Origin: Candidatus Bathyarchaeota archaeon
GTDB lineage: Archaea > Thermoproteota > Bathyarchaeia > TCS64
Reading direction: 5' to 3'
Length of the DNA stretch: 64,000 nt
Assembly: GCA_963771885.1 (NCBI GenBank)
Contig: CAVYVF010000023.1
Coordinates: forward strand, 160,001 to 224,000
Shown here: one piece after another, positions 9,498-19,814 of the stretch
Position numbering within the stretch: the first letter of the stretch is position 1
Layout: every line of letters starts with the position of its first letter
Notes under the pieces: model-generated
Seen by the model: the letters and a program-made list of their open reading frames with translations, nothing else
The model's database searches: none
Told to the model about the DNA's origin: nothing
Program-made: the position numbers and the translations under genes

Positions 9498-11741
9498 ATG
9501 AGCTCCGTTGAAGTGGTCGGCGCGCGTGAGCACAACCTGAAGAACGTGTCTGTGAACATCCCGAAGAAGAAGTTGGTCGTCTTCACAGGTGTTTCGGGCT
9601 CGGGGAAGAGCAGCCTAGTCTTCGACACCGTCTACCAGGAGGCGCAGCGCCAGCTCATTGAAACCTTCAGCAGCTTCGCCCGGCGCAGGCTCCCGAAGAT
9701 CAACAGGCCCAATGTGGACGAGATAAGAAACATCTCGACTTCGATCACGATCGATCAGAAGAAGCTGGGGGCGACACCCCGGTCCACGGTTGGCACCGTG
9801 ACGGAGGTCTACACTTACCTCCGCCTCCTCTACAGCCGCTGCGGCGAACCGCTGACCAACGACAGCCGCGTCTTCGGCTTCAACAACCCCTACGGAATGT
9901 GCCCGGTCTGTAAGGGTCTCGGCACGGAGCTCGTCTTCGATGTGGATGCCCTCATAGACTGGGATAAGTCGATAAACGAGGGCGGCATCAGGCACCGCCA
10001 CTTCCAGCCAGGCATGGCGAGCTACCGAGTCATCGTCGCCAGTAACTACTTCGACCTCGATAAGAAGCTACGCGACTTCACGAAGGAGGAGGTTGACAGG
10101 CTCCTATATACGAAGAAGAGCCTCGTGGAGAAGCCGATGCCGGGGCAGGTCTACCGCGTCTGGTACGAGGGCGTCGTCGAGACCCTCAAGCGCAGGACGA
10201 TGGGGCATGAGACCGACGAGGACAGCAACGTCGCCGAGTACTCGCTCCAGTTCTACAAGGGCCAGTCCTGCAAGGTCTGCGGGGGCAGTAGAATAAACGA
10301 GTTCGCCCGCAGCGTCAAGCTCAACGGCAAGACGATCCCGGAGCTCGTCGAGATGGAGCTAACCGACCTACTACCGTGGCTCGACACCGTCAAGGGCCCC
10401 GTCGCCGATCCCATCGTGATGAGGATGCGCCCCGTCGTGAAGAATCTCGTCGACATAGGCGTCGGATACCTCAACCTCAACAGGGCCACGGGCACCCTCA
10501 GCGGAGGCGAGAGCCAGCGCGTAAAGATGGCTAGTCAGCTCGGCTGCGACCTCGTCGACCTCATCTACATCTTCGACGAGCCCACCGTCGGGCTCCACCA
10601 GAAGGACATAGGCAAGCTCGTCGAGATGCTCCAGCGCCTCGGCGAGAAGGGGAACAGCCTCTTCGTCGTCGAGCACGACCAGCAGGTGATGAGGGCCTCC
10701 GACTGGATTATAGACGTCGGCCCCGGCGCAGGCGTTGCGGGGGGAAAAATCGTCTTCGCGGGGACTTACCCTGAACTCCTCCAATCCGACTCGATAACGG
10801 GCAGGATGCTGAGTAGGGACACGTCTTACCGCGCTGAGAGGCGGAAGCCGAAGAACTGGAAACAGGTCAAGAATGCACGCGCCCACAACCTCAAGAACGT
10901 CACAGCTAACATCCCCACCGGCGTCTTCTGCTGTGTCACAGGCGTCGCAGGCTCAGGGAAGAGCAGTCTGATACTCGACGTCTTCGCCCGGCAAAACCCC
11001 GAGGCGATAGTCATCGACCAGACAGCCGTCGGGCGGAGTAGCCGCAGTAACCCCGCCACATATACGAAGGTCTTCGACCTCATCCGCCAGGAGTTCGCGG
11101 AGGCAACGGGCAAGCCTGCCAGTATATTCAGCTTCAACGGCGCAGGCGCCTGCCCCAAGTGCAAGGGCTCAGGCCGGTTGCACATTGAGATGTTCTTCCT
11201 CGAGGAGGTCACGATGGTCTGCGACGAGTGCGAGGGGCGGAGGTATAAGCCCGAGGTGCTTGAGCTCAAGCTCAGGGGCAAGAACATCGCAGACGTGCTC
11301 ACCATGACCGCCGCCGAAGCCGTCGGCTTCTTCGACGACGCCGAGATAAGGCGCCGCCTCATGGTCCTCGACGAGGTCGGCCTCGGCTACCTCACCCTCG
11401 GGCAGGAGGTCTCTAGCCTAAGCGGCGGCGAGGCGCAGCGCCTCAAGCTGGCCCGCGAGCTACACAGGAGGGGAAACACATACATCCTCGACGAGCCGAC
11501 GACGGGGTTGCACATGGCCGACATCGAAAAGCTCCTCCACGTCGTGAACCGCCTCGTAGAGGGGGGCAATACCGTCATCGTCATCGAGCATAACCTCGAC
11601 GTGATCCGGAACTCGGACTGGGTGATTGACATGGGCCCGGAGGGGGGCTCTAAGGGCGGCGAGATAATCGCGGAGGGGACGCCGGAGCAGGTCGCAGCTT
11701 CAGGTAGCGCCACGGGGCAGTACCTCCGCATGGTCCTCTAA
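9498..11741 (+). CDS. UvrA-like ABC ATPase (short class II / DrrC-like)
   Basis: GAREHNLKNV, two GxxGSGKSSL Walker A motifs, LSGGE twice, Zn fingers; 747 aa, much shorter than canonical UvrA. Confidence 0.88.
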   Translation: MSSVEVVGAREHNLKNVSVNIPKKKLVVFTGVSGSGKSSLVFDTVYQEAQRQLIETFSSFARRRLPKINRPNVDEIRNISTSITIDQKKLGATPRSTVGTVTEVYTYLRLLYSRCGEPLTNDSRVFGFNNPYGMCPVCKGLGTELVFDVDALIDWDKSINEGGIRHRHFQPGMASYRVIVASNYFDLDKKLRDFTKEEVDRLLYTKKSLVEKPMPGQVYRVWYEGVVETLKRRTMGHETDEDSNVAEYSLQFYKGQSCKVCGGSRINEFARSVKLNGKTIPELVEMELTDLLPWLDTVKGPVADPIVMRMRPVVKNLVDIGVGYLNLNRATGTLSGGESQRVKMASQLGCDLVDLIYIFDEPTVGLHQKDIGKLVEMLQRLGEKGNSLFVVEHDQQVMRASDWIIDVGPGAGVAGGKIVFAGTYPELLQSDSITGRMLSRDTSYRAERRKPKNWKQVKNARAHNLKNVTANIPTGVFCCVTGVAGSGKSSLILDVFARQNPEAIVIDQTAVGRSSRSNPATYTKVFDLIRQEFAEATGKPASIFSFNGAGACPKCKGSGRLHIEMFFLEEVTMVCDECEGRRYKPEVLELKLRGKNIADVLTMTAAEAVGFFDDAEIRRRLMVLDEVGLGYLTLGQEVSSLSGGEAQRLKLARELHRRGNTYILDEPTTGLHMADIEKLLHVVNRLVEGGNTVIVIEHNLDVIRNSDWVIDMGPEGGSKGGEIIAEGTPEQVAASGSATGQYLRMVL

Positions 11742-11774
11742 GAAGCACTATATCCTACCTACGCCAAGACTCAA

Positions 11775-12743
11775 TTGATGGCGGAAGAGGGGGACGCGCC
11801 GAAGAAGGAGATCGTGAGCCGCGAGGAGCTCATCGGCCTGGTCCAGTTAGTGATAATATTTACCGCCATACTCGCCGGGCGAGAGATCGGGAACATCTAC
11901 GGGAGCTACAACGAGCTCACCCACCTTTCGGTTAACCTCGCCCTGAGCGAGGAGGAGATGTCCAACTACCTCATCGACGCCATGGAGGGCAGGGTCTCCA
12001 CACTCGACGTCGGCCTCGCGATTACAATCCCCGACTTCACCAGCGAGGAGGGGCAGGTCACCCAGACCCCCGACTACGTCAGGAAGTGGCTCATTAGCGT
12101 CACCCTGAGCCCCATCGTCGTCACCCAGCCCGAGGTCTCCGACGTCGAGCTCGCCATGTACATCGAGGGGGAGCAAGTGCTGACCCAGTCCTACGAGTTC
12201 CCAAGGCAGAAGGTCGGCTACATCAGCTTCATCCGGCGAAACCTCACCCTCGCCGTCGACGACGTCGAGGCGCTGAGAAGGCTCGTGGCCGATGGGGCGG
12301 CTGTCCATGCGGGGGAGGTTGAGGTTATTATAAGGGGGCGGGCGAAGACGAATGTCCTATGGTTCGAGTCGAACCTCCCATTCACGACGATAAGGTACCC
12401 ACTCGTGAGGGCGCCGAGCCTCGTCCTTCAGGGGTCACACTGGGAGACGCAGGACGGCTCCGGGACCATGGCGAGTACTGGTGAGTTCACAACCGTCGTC
12501 ACAGAGTTTGACAACCCCACTCGCCTCCACTCGGTGACCCAGAACGTGACCTGCAGGTTCTACAGGGAGGGCGTTGAGGGGCCCGTCGCCTCGGTGACGA
12601 AAACTGCAACCGCCGCCGCGGGGACGACCTCGACGTACTTCTTCAACATCACACCCAGAGAGCCCGGCGTTTACTATTACACGCTTGAATCGATGGGCAG
12701 GCTCATCCTCCCAGGGGAGTCGCCGCGGCTGACCGTGGACTAG
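11775..12743 (+). CDS. Hypothetical membrane-anchored protein
   Basis: 322-aa ORF filling the gap; N-terminal hydrophobic helix LIGLVQLVIIFTAILAG, followed by beta-rich domains. Confidence 0.7.
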   Translation: MMAEEGDAPKKEIVSREELIGLVQLVIIFTAILAGREIGNIYGSYNELTHLSVNLALSEEEMSNYLIDAMEGRVSTLDVGLAITIPDFTSEEGQVTQTPDYVRKWLISVTLSPIVVTQPEVSDVELAMYIEGEQVLTQSYEFPRQKVGYISFIRRNLTLAVDDVEALRRLVADGAAVHAGEVEVIIRGRAKTNVLWFESNLPFTTIRYPLVRAPSLVLQGSHWETQDGSGTMASTGEFTTVVTEFDNPTRLHSVTQNVTCRFYREGVEGPVASVTKTATAAAGTTSTYFFNITPREPGVYYYTLESMGRLILPGESPRLTVD

Positions 12744-12789
12744 CCGGATAAGCTCAAAAGGCTAAGCGCGTCTCATATCACGAACCGGC

Positions 12790-13479
12790 ATGGAGGGAAT
12801 ACTCGTAAAGTACCCCCTGATCCTCGTCAACCTGAAAACCTACAGGGAGGGCATGGGGGAGAACGCCGTGAGGCTCGCAAAGATAGCGGAGCAGGTACAC
12901 GTAAAGACGGGCACGAGCATCGCCCTCGCGCCGCAGGTCGCCGACTCCAAAATAGTCATCGACGCGAGCGAGACACCGGTCTTCGCGCAGCACGTCGACC
13001 CTGTCGGCATGGGTCAGTTCACAGGGCACATCCTCCCAGAGTCGGTCGCCGAGGCGGGTTGCGTCGGTACCCTGATCAACCACAGCGAGAGGCAGCTCCC
13101 CATGGAGATCATAAAGGCGACGATAAAGAGGGCTCAGGAGGCCGACCTCGAGTCGGTCGTCTGCGTCGACACCGTGGAGAAGGGTAGGCAGGTCGCCGCA
13201 TTCGCGCCCCACGCCATCGCCATCGAGCCCCCGGAGCTCATAGGCAGCGGCGTCTCAGTCTCCAAGGCAAGGCCCGAGGTCATCTCAGGCGCCGTCGCCG
13301 CGATAAAGCACGTCAACCCCAAGATCAGGGTCCTCTGTGGGGCGGGCGTGACGAACGGCGAGGACGTTGCCATCGCCCAGAAGCTAGGAGCCGAGGGAAT
13401 ACTCGTCGCCAGCGGCGTCGTCAAGGCGAAGGACCCGCAGGCGGCGCTCCTCGACCTTGCCCGGAGCCTCAGACACTGA
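12790..13479 (+). CDS. tpiA: Triosephosphate isomerase, archaeal short type
   Basis: NLKTY, AQHVD, INHSER, AIEPPELIG, LCGAG, LVASGVVKAKDP. Confidence 0.95.
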   Translation: MEGILVKYPLILVNLKTYREGMGENAVRLAKIAEQVHVKTGTSIALAPQVADSKIVIDASETPVFAQHVDPVGMGQFTGHILPESVAEAGCVGTLINHSERQLPMEIIKATIKRAQEADLESVVCVDTVEKGRQVAAFAPHAIAIEPPELIGSGVSVSKARPEVISGAVAAIKHVNPKIRVLCGAGVTNGEDVAIAQKLGAEGILVASGVVKAKDPQAALLDLARSLRH

Positions 13480-14830
13480 GCTCTGCGACGGTCTCCTCTA
13501 TCAGTTTCTTGTTCTCTGAGACGAGTTTGTCAACTTTCTGCTGCGTGTCCGCCTCGGCGTAGAGTCTGAAGATGGGCTCGGTGCCGCTGGGGCGTACAAG
13601 TATCCAGCTGGCATCGTTGAAGACGAGCTTTAGACCGTCCATCGTGTCGACCTTCGGGGCTGCGACCTTCGTCCGGAGCGCCTCGAGAACCTTCTGCTTG
13701 AGCTCATTTGGGCACCGCACCTTATCCTTCGCCTGCGCATAGGTTGGGAGGGCCTTCACGAGCTCTGAGAGAGGCTTGCCGCGCTCCGCCATGATGTTGA
13801 GAATGAGCGCCATCGTCATCGAGCCGTCCCTGACGGGGTGATGTGGCCCGTACATGACGCCGCCGTTCTCCTCCCCGCCGAAGTCTATCCCGTTCTCCAC
13901 CATGGCGCGGCTGACATCGACGCTCCCGACCTTTGTCCAGTGGATCGAGCCTCCTGCACCCTCGACGACATCGACTATTGCGTTGCTGCTGCTGACCGCC
14001 GTGGCTACACGTGCCCCGTGGTGCTTCGCCATGTAGTAGTCAGCGGTGAGTGCGAAGCTCCTATCCCCCCAGAGGACCTCGCCGCGCTCGTCGAGGAAGA
14101 TGCTCCTGTCCGCGTCGCCGTCGAAGGCGACCCCTATGTCAGCCTTCGTCGCCTTCACAAGCTCCCTGAGTCCGCCGAGGTTATCGGGGCGGGGCTCGGA
14201 CTGCCTACCGGGGAAGCGCCCGTCGAGTTCCGCGTTGACTGTGTAGACGGTGCAGCCGAGACGCTGGGCGATCACCGGCGCGACGAGCGTGCCGACTCCG
14301 TTACCGGGGTCGAGGGCGACCTTGAATTTCTTCCCCGAGATGAGCTTATCGTCCACCTTGGATACGACGGCGTCGACGTAGAGGCCTATAGCCTCCCTGC
14401 TCCTAACCTCGCCGACGCGGTCCCACTCGGCTGCCTTAGGGCCCCCGGCGAAGTGTAACGCCTCAATCTCGTCCTCCAGCTTACGGGGTATCTCAACGCC
14501 ATCCCCAGCCATGACCTTGACGCCGTTGAACTCGGGCGGGTTGTGGCTCGCCGTAATCATGAGTCCGCCGTCGAGGCCGAGGTGCTTGACGGCGTACTGC
14601 AGCGTGGGGGTTGGTAGGATGCCGAGGTCATAGACGTTGCAGCCAACGGATAGTAACCCGGAGGCGGCGGCGTCCCTGAAGAGGGGGCTCGTTACCCTGC
14701 CGTCCCTGCCGAGGGCGATGTTCTTGCCTAGCTTGTGCCCGCATGAGGCGGCGAGACGCGTCACGAGCTCCGGCGTCAGCTCTTTGTTGGCGACGCCCCT
14801 TACGCCGTTGGTTCCGAATAGGCTACCCAT
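13469..14830 (-). CDS. glmM: Phosphohexomutase (phosphoglucosamine / phosphomannomutase family)
   Basis: LFGTNGVRG, TASHNP, FDGDADR, GGEENGG, RPSGTEP; start placed at ATG 14830. Confidence 0.9.
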   Translation of the reverse strand: MGSLFGTNGVRGVANKELTPELVTRLAASCGHKLGKNIALGRDGRVTSPLFRDAAASGLLSVGCNVYDLGILPTPTLQYAVKHLGLDGGLMITASHNPPEFNGVKVMAGDGVEIPRKLEDEIEALHFAGGPKAAEWDRVGEVRSREAIGLYVDAVVSKVDDKLISGKKFKVALDPGNGVGTLVAPVIAQRLGCTVYTVNAELDGRFPGRQSEPRPDNLGGLRELVKATKADIGVAFDGDADRSIFLDERGEVLWGDRSFALTADYYMAKHHGARVATAVSSSNAIVDVVEGAGGSIHWTKVGSVDVSRAMVENGIDFGGEENGGVMYGPHHPVRDGSMTMALILNIMAERGKPLSELVKALPTYAQAKDKVRCPNELKQKVLEALRTKVAAPKVDTMDGLKLVFNDASWILVRPSGTEPIFRLYAEADTQQKVDKLVSENKKLIEETVAELSV

Positions 14831-14892
14831 GCCTAGAGATATGGGGAAGGGATAATTAAATGGTGAAATCCGGGATATACCTGGGCGCCGGG

Positions 14893-15984
14893 TCACATGA
14901 CCTGGCGGCGCTCGAGTATGCTCTCTAAAACTTCCTTGCTGGGGCAGATGCTAACGCCGTCCGTTATCGTGACGCCGTCGCGTATCATCGAGTAGTCGCC
15001 TATGAGGCTACCCGATTCGACCTTCACCCAACGCTCTAGTATCGCGTTCTCGCCGAGGATCGCGTTCTTGACCGAGGAGTAGTCGCCCACTGCGGCGCCG
15101 GGAAAGAGTATGCTGTTCTCGATGCGGCACCCCTTCCCGATTAGGACGTGATCGCAGATGGTCGTGTTGGGGCCTATGAGGCTGTCCGCGCCGACCTCGG
15201 CGCCGGGCCCTATGTAACACGGCGCGAGTATCTTGGCGCTAGGATCAACCTTTGCACCCTCGCCCATCTTGACGCCGCCTTCGTACTTGCTCAGTATTAT
15301 CTGATTCGCTCTGAGGTAGTCGTCGGGTATCCCCATGTCCGTCCAGAGGCCATGGAACTCGAAACCGAAGAGCTTCCGCTCGTTGGCGAGGACGGGGAAT
15401 ACCTCCCTCTCGATGCTCACGGCGCGGCCATCGGGTATGTAATCGAATATCTTGGGGTCGAGGACGTAGATGCCCGCGTTAATAAGATTGCTCGGCTCAA
15501 GTCCCTTCTCGGGCTTCTCGACGAAGCGGGTGATGCGCCCCTCCCAGTCGAGCTCTACGGCGCCGTAGCGACTCGGGTCCGCTACCGGCGTCACTGCGAC
15601 GGTGGCGAGGCCGCCATTCTGCTTGTGGTACTCGATCAGACGCCTGATGTCGATGTCCGAAATGACATCCCCATTGAGGACGAGAAAGGGCTCACCGTTG
15701 AGGAGGTCCCTCGCCTTCTTTATAGGCCCGCCAGTACCCAGTGGGCGCTGCTCACGGCTGTAGATGATGCCGAGGTCGTACTTTGTTGGGCCGAGGTAGC
15801 GAACCAGGGCTTCCGCCATGTAGTTCACCGCCATAACGACGGTGTCGACGCCCCCCTGCGAGAGATTCTTCAGTGTCCAGTCCATAAGCGGCTGGTCCCC
15901 AATGGGGAACAGCATCTTTGGTCTCGTGCAGCTTAACGGTCTAAGGCGGGTGCCGAAGCCACCCGCGAGAACTAATGCCTTCAT
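14893..15984 (-). CDS. NDP-sugar pyrophosphorylase (mannose-1-P guanylyltransferase-like) with left-handed beta-helix
   Basis: LAGGFGTRLRPL..RPK, PLGTGG, NGD, FVEKP, INAGIY, hexapeptide repeats. Confidence 0.9.
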   Translation of the reverse strand: MKALVLAGGFGTRLRPLSCTRPKMLFPIGDQPLMDWTLKNLSQGGVDTVVMAVNYMAEALVRYLGPTKYDLGIIYSREQRPLGTGGPIKKARDLLNGEPFLVLNGDVISDIDIRRLIEYHKQNGGLATVAVTPVADPSRYGAVELDWEGRITRFVEKPEKGLEPSNLINAGIYVLDPKIFDYIPDGRAVSIEREVFPVLANERKLFGFEFHGLWTDMGIPDDYLRANQIILSKYEGGVKMGEGAKVDPSAKILAPCYIGPGAEVGADSLIGPNTTICDHVLIGKGCRIENSILFPGAAVGDYSSVKNAILGENAILERWVKVESGSLIGDYSMIRDGVTITDGVSICPSKEVLESILERRQVM

Positions 15985-16059
15985 CAAGCTTCACCGGCGG
16001 TAAGGATGAGCAGAGCTTGCTTTAAGAAATTTGCTCACCTCTGGTAAGGGGTATAAGTG

Positions 16060-16812
16060 CTACTTTAGGAGGAAGCCCATGACCTCGCTGAGTTTCTCGG
16101 GGCTAAGCCTCTCGTAGCGCTCGATGCTCCCAACGTCGTACCAGAAGGCGTCTGTGAGGTATGCCTCCACCTTTCGTCCCTTCTGGACTAGGTAGCTGAT
16201 GACGTCGCCCATGAGGTCGAAGCTGCGGAATTGGCCCATCTGCTGAAGGCTGCTCATCTCCTTGAGCATGCTGCCGCTGAGAACAAGTATGCCTATGCTG
16301 ACAGGTTGCATGAGGTCGGGCTTTTCTATGAAATTGGTTATCCTCGTGCCGTCGAGCTCGGCCTTGCCAACGCTTATGTTGTACCTCTTCGCGAGTGCGA
16401 GTGTCGCCTCGGCGCCCTTGGACTGGTGGTGCTTGACCATCGCTGAGATGTCGAGGTTACTTATGATGTCCCCGTAATAGACGACGAGGGTATCGCTGTC
16501 GCCTATGGCGCCCTTCTTGTAGGCGTTAAGGAGGGCGTTAGCGCTCCCCTTCAGGTTGGGGTCGTCGAGCACATAGGTCATCTCGACACCGAAGCGCTCA
16601 CCGTGCTCGAAGTAGTTCTCTATCTGCTGGTGTTTGTAGCCGACGAGTAAGACGGTCTTCTTGACGCCGTGGTACTTGAGGAGGCGGAGTATGTAGTCGA
16701 GTATGGGTTTTTGCTCCTCGCCTATGGGTATCATGCACTTCTGGAAGTAGTAGGTGAGTGGCCTGAAGCGTGTCCCTTCGCCGCCAGCCAGCACGACCCC
16801 CTTTATGGACAT
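16060..16812 (-). CDS. Sugar-phosphate nucleotidyltransferase
   Basis: LAGGEGTRFRPLT, YYGD, FIEKP, FWYDVG; ATG at 16812. Confidence 0.88.
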   Translation of the reverse strand: MSIKGVVLAGGEGTRFRPLTYYFQKCMIPIGEEQKPILDYILRLLKYHGVKKTVLLVGYKHQQIENYFEHGERFGVEMTYVLDDPNLKGSANALLNAYKKGAIGDSDTLVVYYGDIISNLDISAMVKHHQSKGAEATLALAKRYNISVGKAELDGTRITNFIEKPDLMQPVSIGILVLSGSMLKEMSSLQQMGQFRSFDLMGDVISYLVQKGRKVEAYLTDAFWYDVGSIERYERLSPEKLSEVMGFLLK

Positions 16813-16813
16813 C

Positions 16814-17017
16814 TTAACCTTCCTTTGAGGTGAGCGAGGCAAGCATTATGACGCCGGTTAGGGCGATGACGAAGCCGAGCGGAGTGAATAACCGATTGGC
16901 CACGGCCCACTCGGTGGTGAATGAGAAGTAGGCGAGGATACCGCCCACTATCAGGAGCGCCGCGCCGAGGATGCCGACCGTGATGGCTGAGTAGCTGAAG
17001 CTGAACCTGCTCGACAT
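16814..17017 (-). CDS. Small two-helix membrane protein
   Basis: 67 aa, two hydrophobic segments, tightly packed in the operon. Confidence 0.65.
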   Translation of the reverse strand: MSSRFSFSYSAITVGILGAALLIVGGILAYFSFTTEWAVANRLFTPLGFVIALTGVIMLASLTSKEG

Positions 17018-17049
17018 TGTGACCTACACTGAGTGCCCCGCGGGTGTAC

Positions 17050-18144
17050 TTAAGAGGATGTCGCCGCCCCGATCTTCTCGGGCAGGTACTTATCCACGAT
17101 GTATGTGAGGCCGTAGCGGCTGAAGGCCTCCAACTCCGCCTTCTTTTGTATCTTTATGAAGAGCTCTATCTCGCTCTTCCACGGATCCTCATTGTAGCGG
17201 GGGTCGGTCTGTAGCTCGGTGAGGCGCTTCTTGTCGAACTCCGTAAGGTTTTCAGTGGGTAGCTTGTAGTTGATGATGTCGCTTGCCCAGACGCCGATCC
17301 ATTTGGCGTCGGGGGTTGTGAGTCCTCTGAGGTGGGCGGCGTTTGCGCTGCCAGAGCAGATGACTTGGGCGATATGTACACCCCAGGGGTCGCCGTCTGT
17401 GAAGAGGAAGACGGGCATCCCCCAGTCCTTACTCAGGCGGTGGATGATGCTTCTCGTGCTTCGGGGCGCCTGCCCGGCGGTGTGTATGAGTATGGCGTTG
17501 AACTTTTTGTGGGCCTGCTCTTCCACGAGACGGGTGAACATTGCGCCTTTCTCGACGACGATGACCTTGTTCGCAGTGGTCTCGATGAACTCGCTGCTGG
17601 TGACGGCGGGGCCGACCATGATGCCGTCGGGGTGGTCAGTTAGGTTCGTGCGCCTCCCCTCGTAGCCGGGAACCGTGTATTCGATTGTGATGTCACCGAA
17701 TATGGCGCTCCTCTCCTCGGGGAAGATGCCGAAGTTCTCACGCGCCTTGTTGAGCGCAACCTCGAGGTCGGTGATGATGCTGTCCGACTCCTGCTGGTCC
17801 GTGTACTCGATATCGCGCTGGCCACGTGCAGAGTAGTATGCCTCCCTGAGTGTACTTGTCTTCCTCTGCGTGACGAGCTCGCGGGCAAACCACGCTGTCC
17901 AGATGAGCTGGGTGAAGGGGCGTATGTGCTTGATGTTTCTGCTGTGACGCTTTACCATGCGGTCGCCGAGGATGTATTGGCGCGTGTGGGGGTCGTACTG
18001 GATGTTGTCTGTGCTCCTGCTCTGCATCATCACCCAGGGGAACTCGCCTTGGTTGATCTGGTCGTAGACTAGCGAGCCGAGCTGCTTTAAGGCCTCGTCG
18101 GTGGCCTCACGCTGCTTGTTCGCCTCACTCATCCGTTTCGACAT
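17050..18144 (-). CDS. top6A: DNA topoisomerase VI subunit A
   Basis: TLREAYY (catalytic Tyr), VEKGAMF, TDGDPWG, KAELEA. Confidence 0.95.
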   Translation of the reverse strand: MSKRMSEANKQREATDEALKQLGSLVYDQINQGEFPWVMMQSRSTDNIQYDPHTRQYILGDRMVKRHSRNIKHIRPFTQLIWTAWFARELVTQRKTSTLREAYYSARGQRDIEYTDQQESDSIITDLEVALNKARENFGIFPEERSAIFGDITIEYTVPGYEGRRTNLTDHPDGIMVGPAVTSSEFIETTANKVIVVEKGAMFTRLVEEQAHKKFNAILIHTAGQAPRSTRSIIHRLSKDWGMPVFLFTDGDPWGVHIAQVICSGSANAAHLRGLTTPDAKWIGVWASDIINYKLPTENLTEFDKKRLTELQTDPRYNEDPWKSEIELFIKIQKKAELEAFSRYGLTYIVDKYLPEKIGAATSS

Positions 18145-19813
18145 CCAGTTTCTCCTCCTTCTCCTCTCCCTCTTCTGCGTCTAGCTCCTCGTCTGGAGGT
18201 GGTAGCACACCGTTCTCCATGTTACCGTTCTCTTCGCCATTCTCTTCTCCATTTTCCTCCTCGTCCTCCTGCTGGTTCACGACGAGTATCTCCTTGAGGA
18301 GCTTCTGCACGTCAGGCATGTCGGTCTTCTCCCCGAGCTTGGCCGCAAACTCGGCTATCTTGGGAAGGTACTTGCCGAATATATTGAGTCGGTGCTTTTG
18401 CCTCTCCAACTTGACGCTACGGCTGATGAATATGCGCAGGTCACGCGCCGCCTCACGTATGGCGTTCGTGATCTCCTTCTCGACCTCGACCTGGTCTGCG
18501 AGGAACTCCTTGCCGACGCTCTTGTAGGGGATCTTGGTCGAGCAGAGGTGGATCGCCACGACGAGGGGCGTCTCCTGCTGCACGTTGTATGTCTTCCAGT
18601 TGATGTCCTTCGAGATGACCTTGTAAGTCACGCAGCTCGACTCGTCGAAGAGGAGGGGGATACGGTTCGCGAACCTGTATAGGGTGATGCCAGTGCCGAT
18701 CTTGCGGACGGTAGGGCCCGCGACGACGGCTGCCTCCACGATGAAGGGATAACCGCTGTAGGTCGCGGGTGGCCGCTGGACGGTCTTGATGAAGTCGGCG
18801 TCTGTGAGGCTGAGCTCCTTCCGTATGCCGGTTTCGAGGAGATCGGGACCGATTGGGCTGAGGCAGCTCGCGTCGGGGCGGTAGAACTCTTGAAACTCCT
18901 TCGCGGCGCGCGTCAGCTTGACAATCTCCTCGGACTGGAGGCTCGCCGGCTTCGTCTCAGGCTTCACTCCTGCGAACTCGAGGAACTTCTCCGCCGTCTT
19001 CGGGCCAACGCCTTGAAACTGCTCGATCATGAAGCCCTTCATCTCGCGTGACTTGGTGACGAGGAGCATCCTGCGGAGAGTCTCGACATCTATACCATGG
19101 GGGTGGGGTTTCACCCTCAGGGGTACGGGGGGCATCTTTGTTGTGCCGCGCTCGAAGCGATAGAGCCTGTTTTTAGGGTCTACGAATGTGAGGTCTGCAT
19201 AGGGATTTACCATGGCAGTCTGACGGAGGTACTCTATCATGCGGCTCATGATACGGGGGTAGTCGCCCTCAATCTGCAGCTCGACGATAGTTCCACGCCA
19301 GCCCCTCTCGTTTGCGAGCGTCGTGTGGCGGAGCACCTGAGGCTGGTTCTTCTGGATGTCCATCATCATCTCATACTCGTGTATCTCGTCCCCAGTGCTA
19401 CTCGTGACGATAACGGGCTTATGGGTAGTTATCTGGCCGTAGAGGATAGTCATCTTGCCGCCCATGCCGAAGGTGCCTCTGTTCTGCTTGAGTGTGTACT
19501 TTGAGCCGTAGAAGACCTGAGCGAAGCAGGCTGGTATCTCATCTGAGGGCACGCCGGTGCCGTTGTCCTGTATGCGGAGGAGGTAGACGGCTGTGCCGTT
19601 CTCGCCTCCGCTGCTGCTCAGCTCCGTGAGGCGCACGTAGATGTCGGGGGGAATCTGGGCGCTCTCGCAGGCGTCGAGGCTGTTCTCGAGTATCTCCCTG
19701 ACGCCAACGTAGATTGCCCTGCTGGGGTTGCTGAAGCCCGCGATCTCCCTGTTGCGGTAGAAGAAGTCACTCGGGCTGACTGCCTGGTACTCCGTCTCCT
19801 GTGATTGTACCGT
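18125..19813 (-). CDS. top6B: DNA topoisomerase VI subunit B (N-terminus extends in frame to an ACG at 19813)
   Basis: Frame continues upstream of the ORF-track start through SPSDFFYRNREIAGFSNP..RE..ENSLDACE (GHKL motif); DNGTG, RGTFGMG, PHPHG, RFANRIPL. Confidence 0.93.
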   Translation of the reverse strand, partial: TVQSQETEYQAVSPSDFFYRNREIAGFSNPSRAIYVGVREILENSLDACESAQIPPDIYVRLTELSSSGGENGTAVYLLRIQDNGTGVPSDEIPACFAQVFYGSKYTLKQNRGTFGMGGKMTILYGQITTHKPVIVTSSTGDEIHEYEMMMDIQKNQPQVLRHTTLANERGWRGTIVELQIEGDYPRIMSRMIEYLRQTAMVNPYADLTFVDPKNRLYRFERGTTKMPPVPLRVKPHPHGIDVETLRRMLLVTKSREMKGFMIEQFQGVGPKTAEKFLEFAGVKPETKPASLQSEEIVKLTRAAKEFQEFYRPDASCLSPIGPDLLETGIRKELSLTDADFIKTVQRPPATYSGYPFIVEAAVVAGPTVRKIGTGITLYRFANRIPLLFDESSCVTYKVISKDINWKTYNVQQETPLVVAIHLCSTKIPYKSVGKEFLADQVEVEKEITNAIREAARDLRIFISRSVKLERQKHRLNIFGKYLPKIAEFAAKLGEKTDMPDVQKLLKEILVVNQQEDEEENGEENGEENGNMENGVLPPPDEELDAEEGEEKEEKLDVETDE

Positions 19814-19814
19814 G

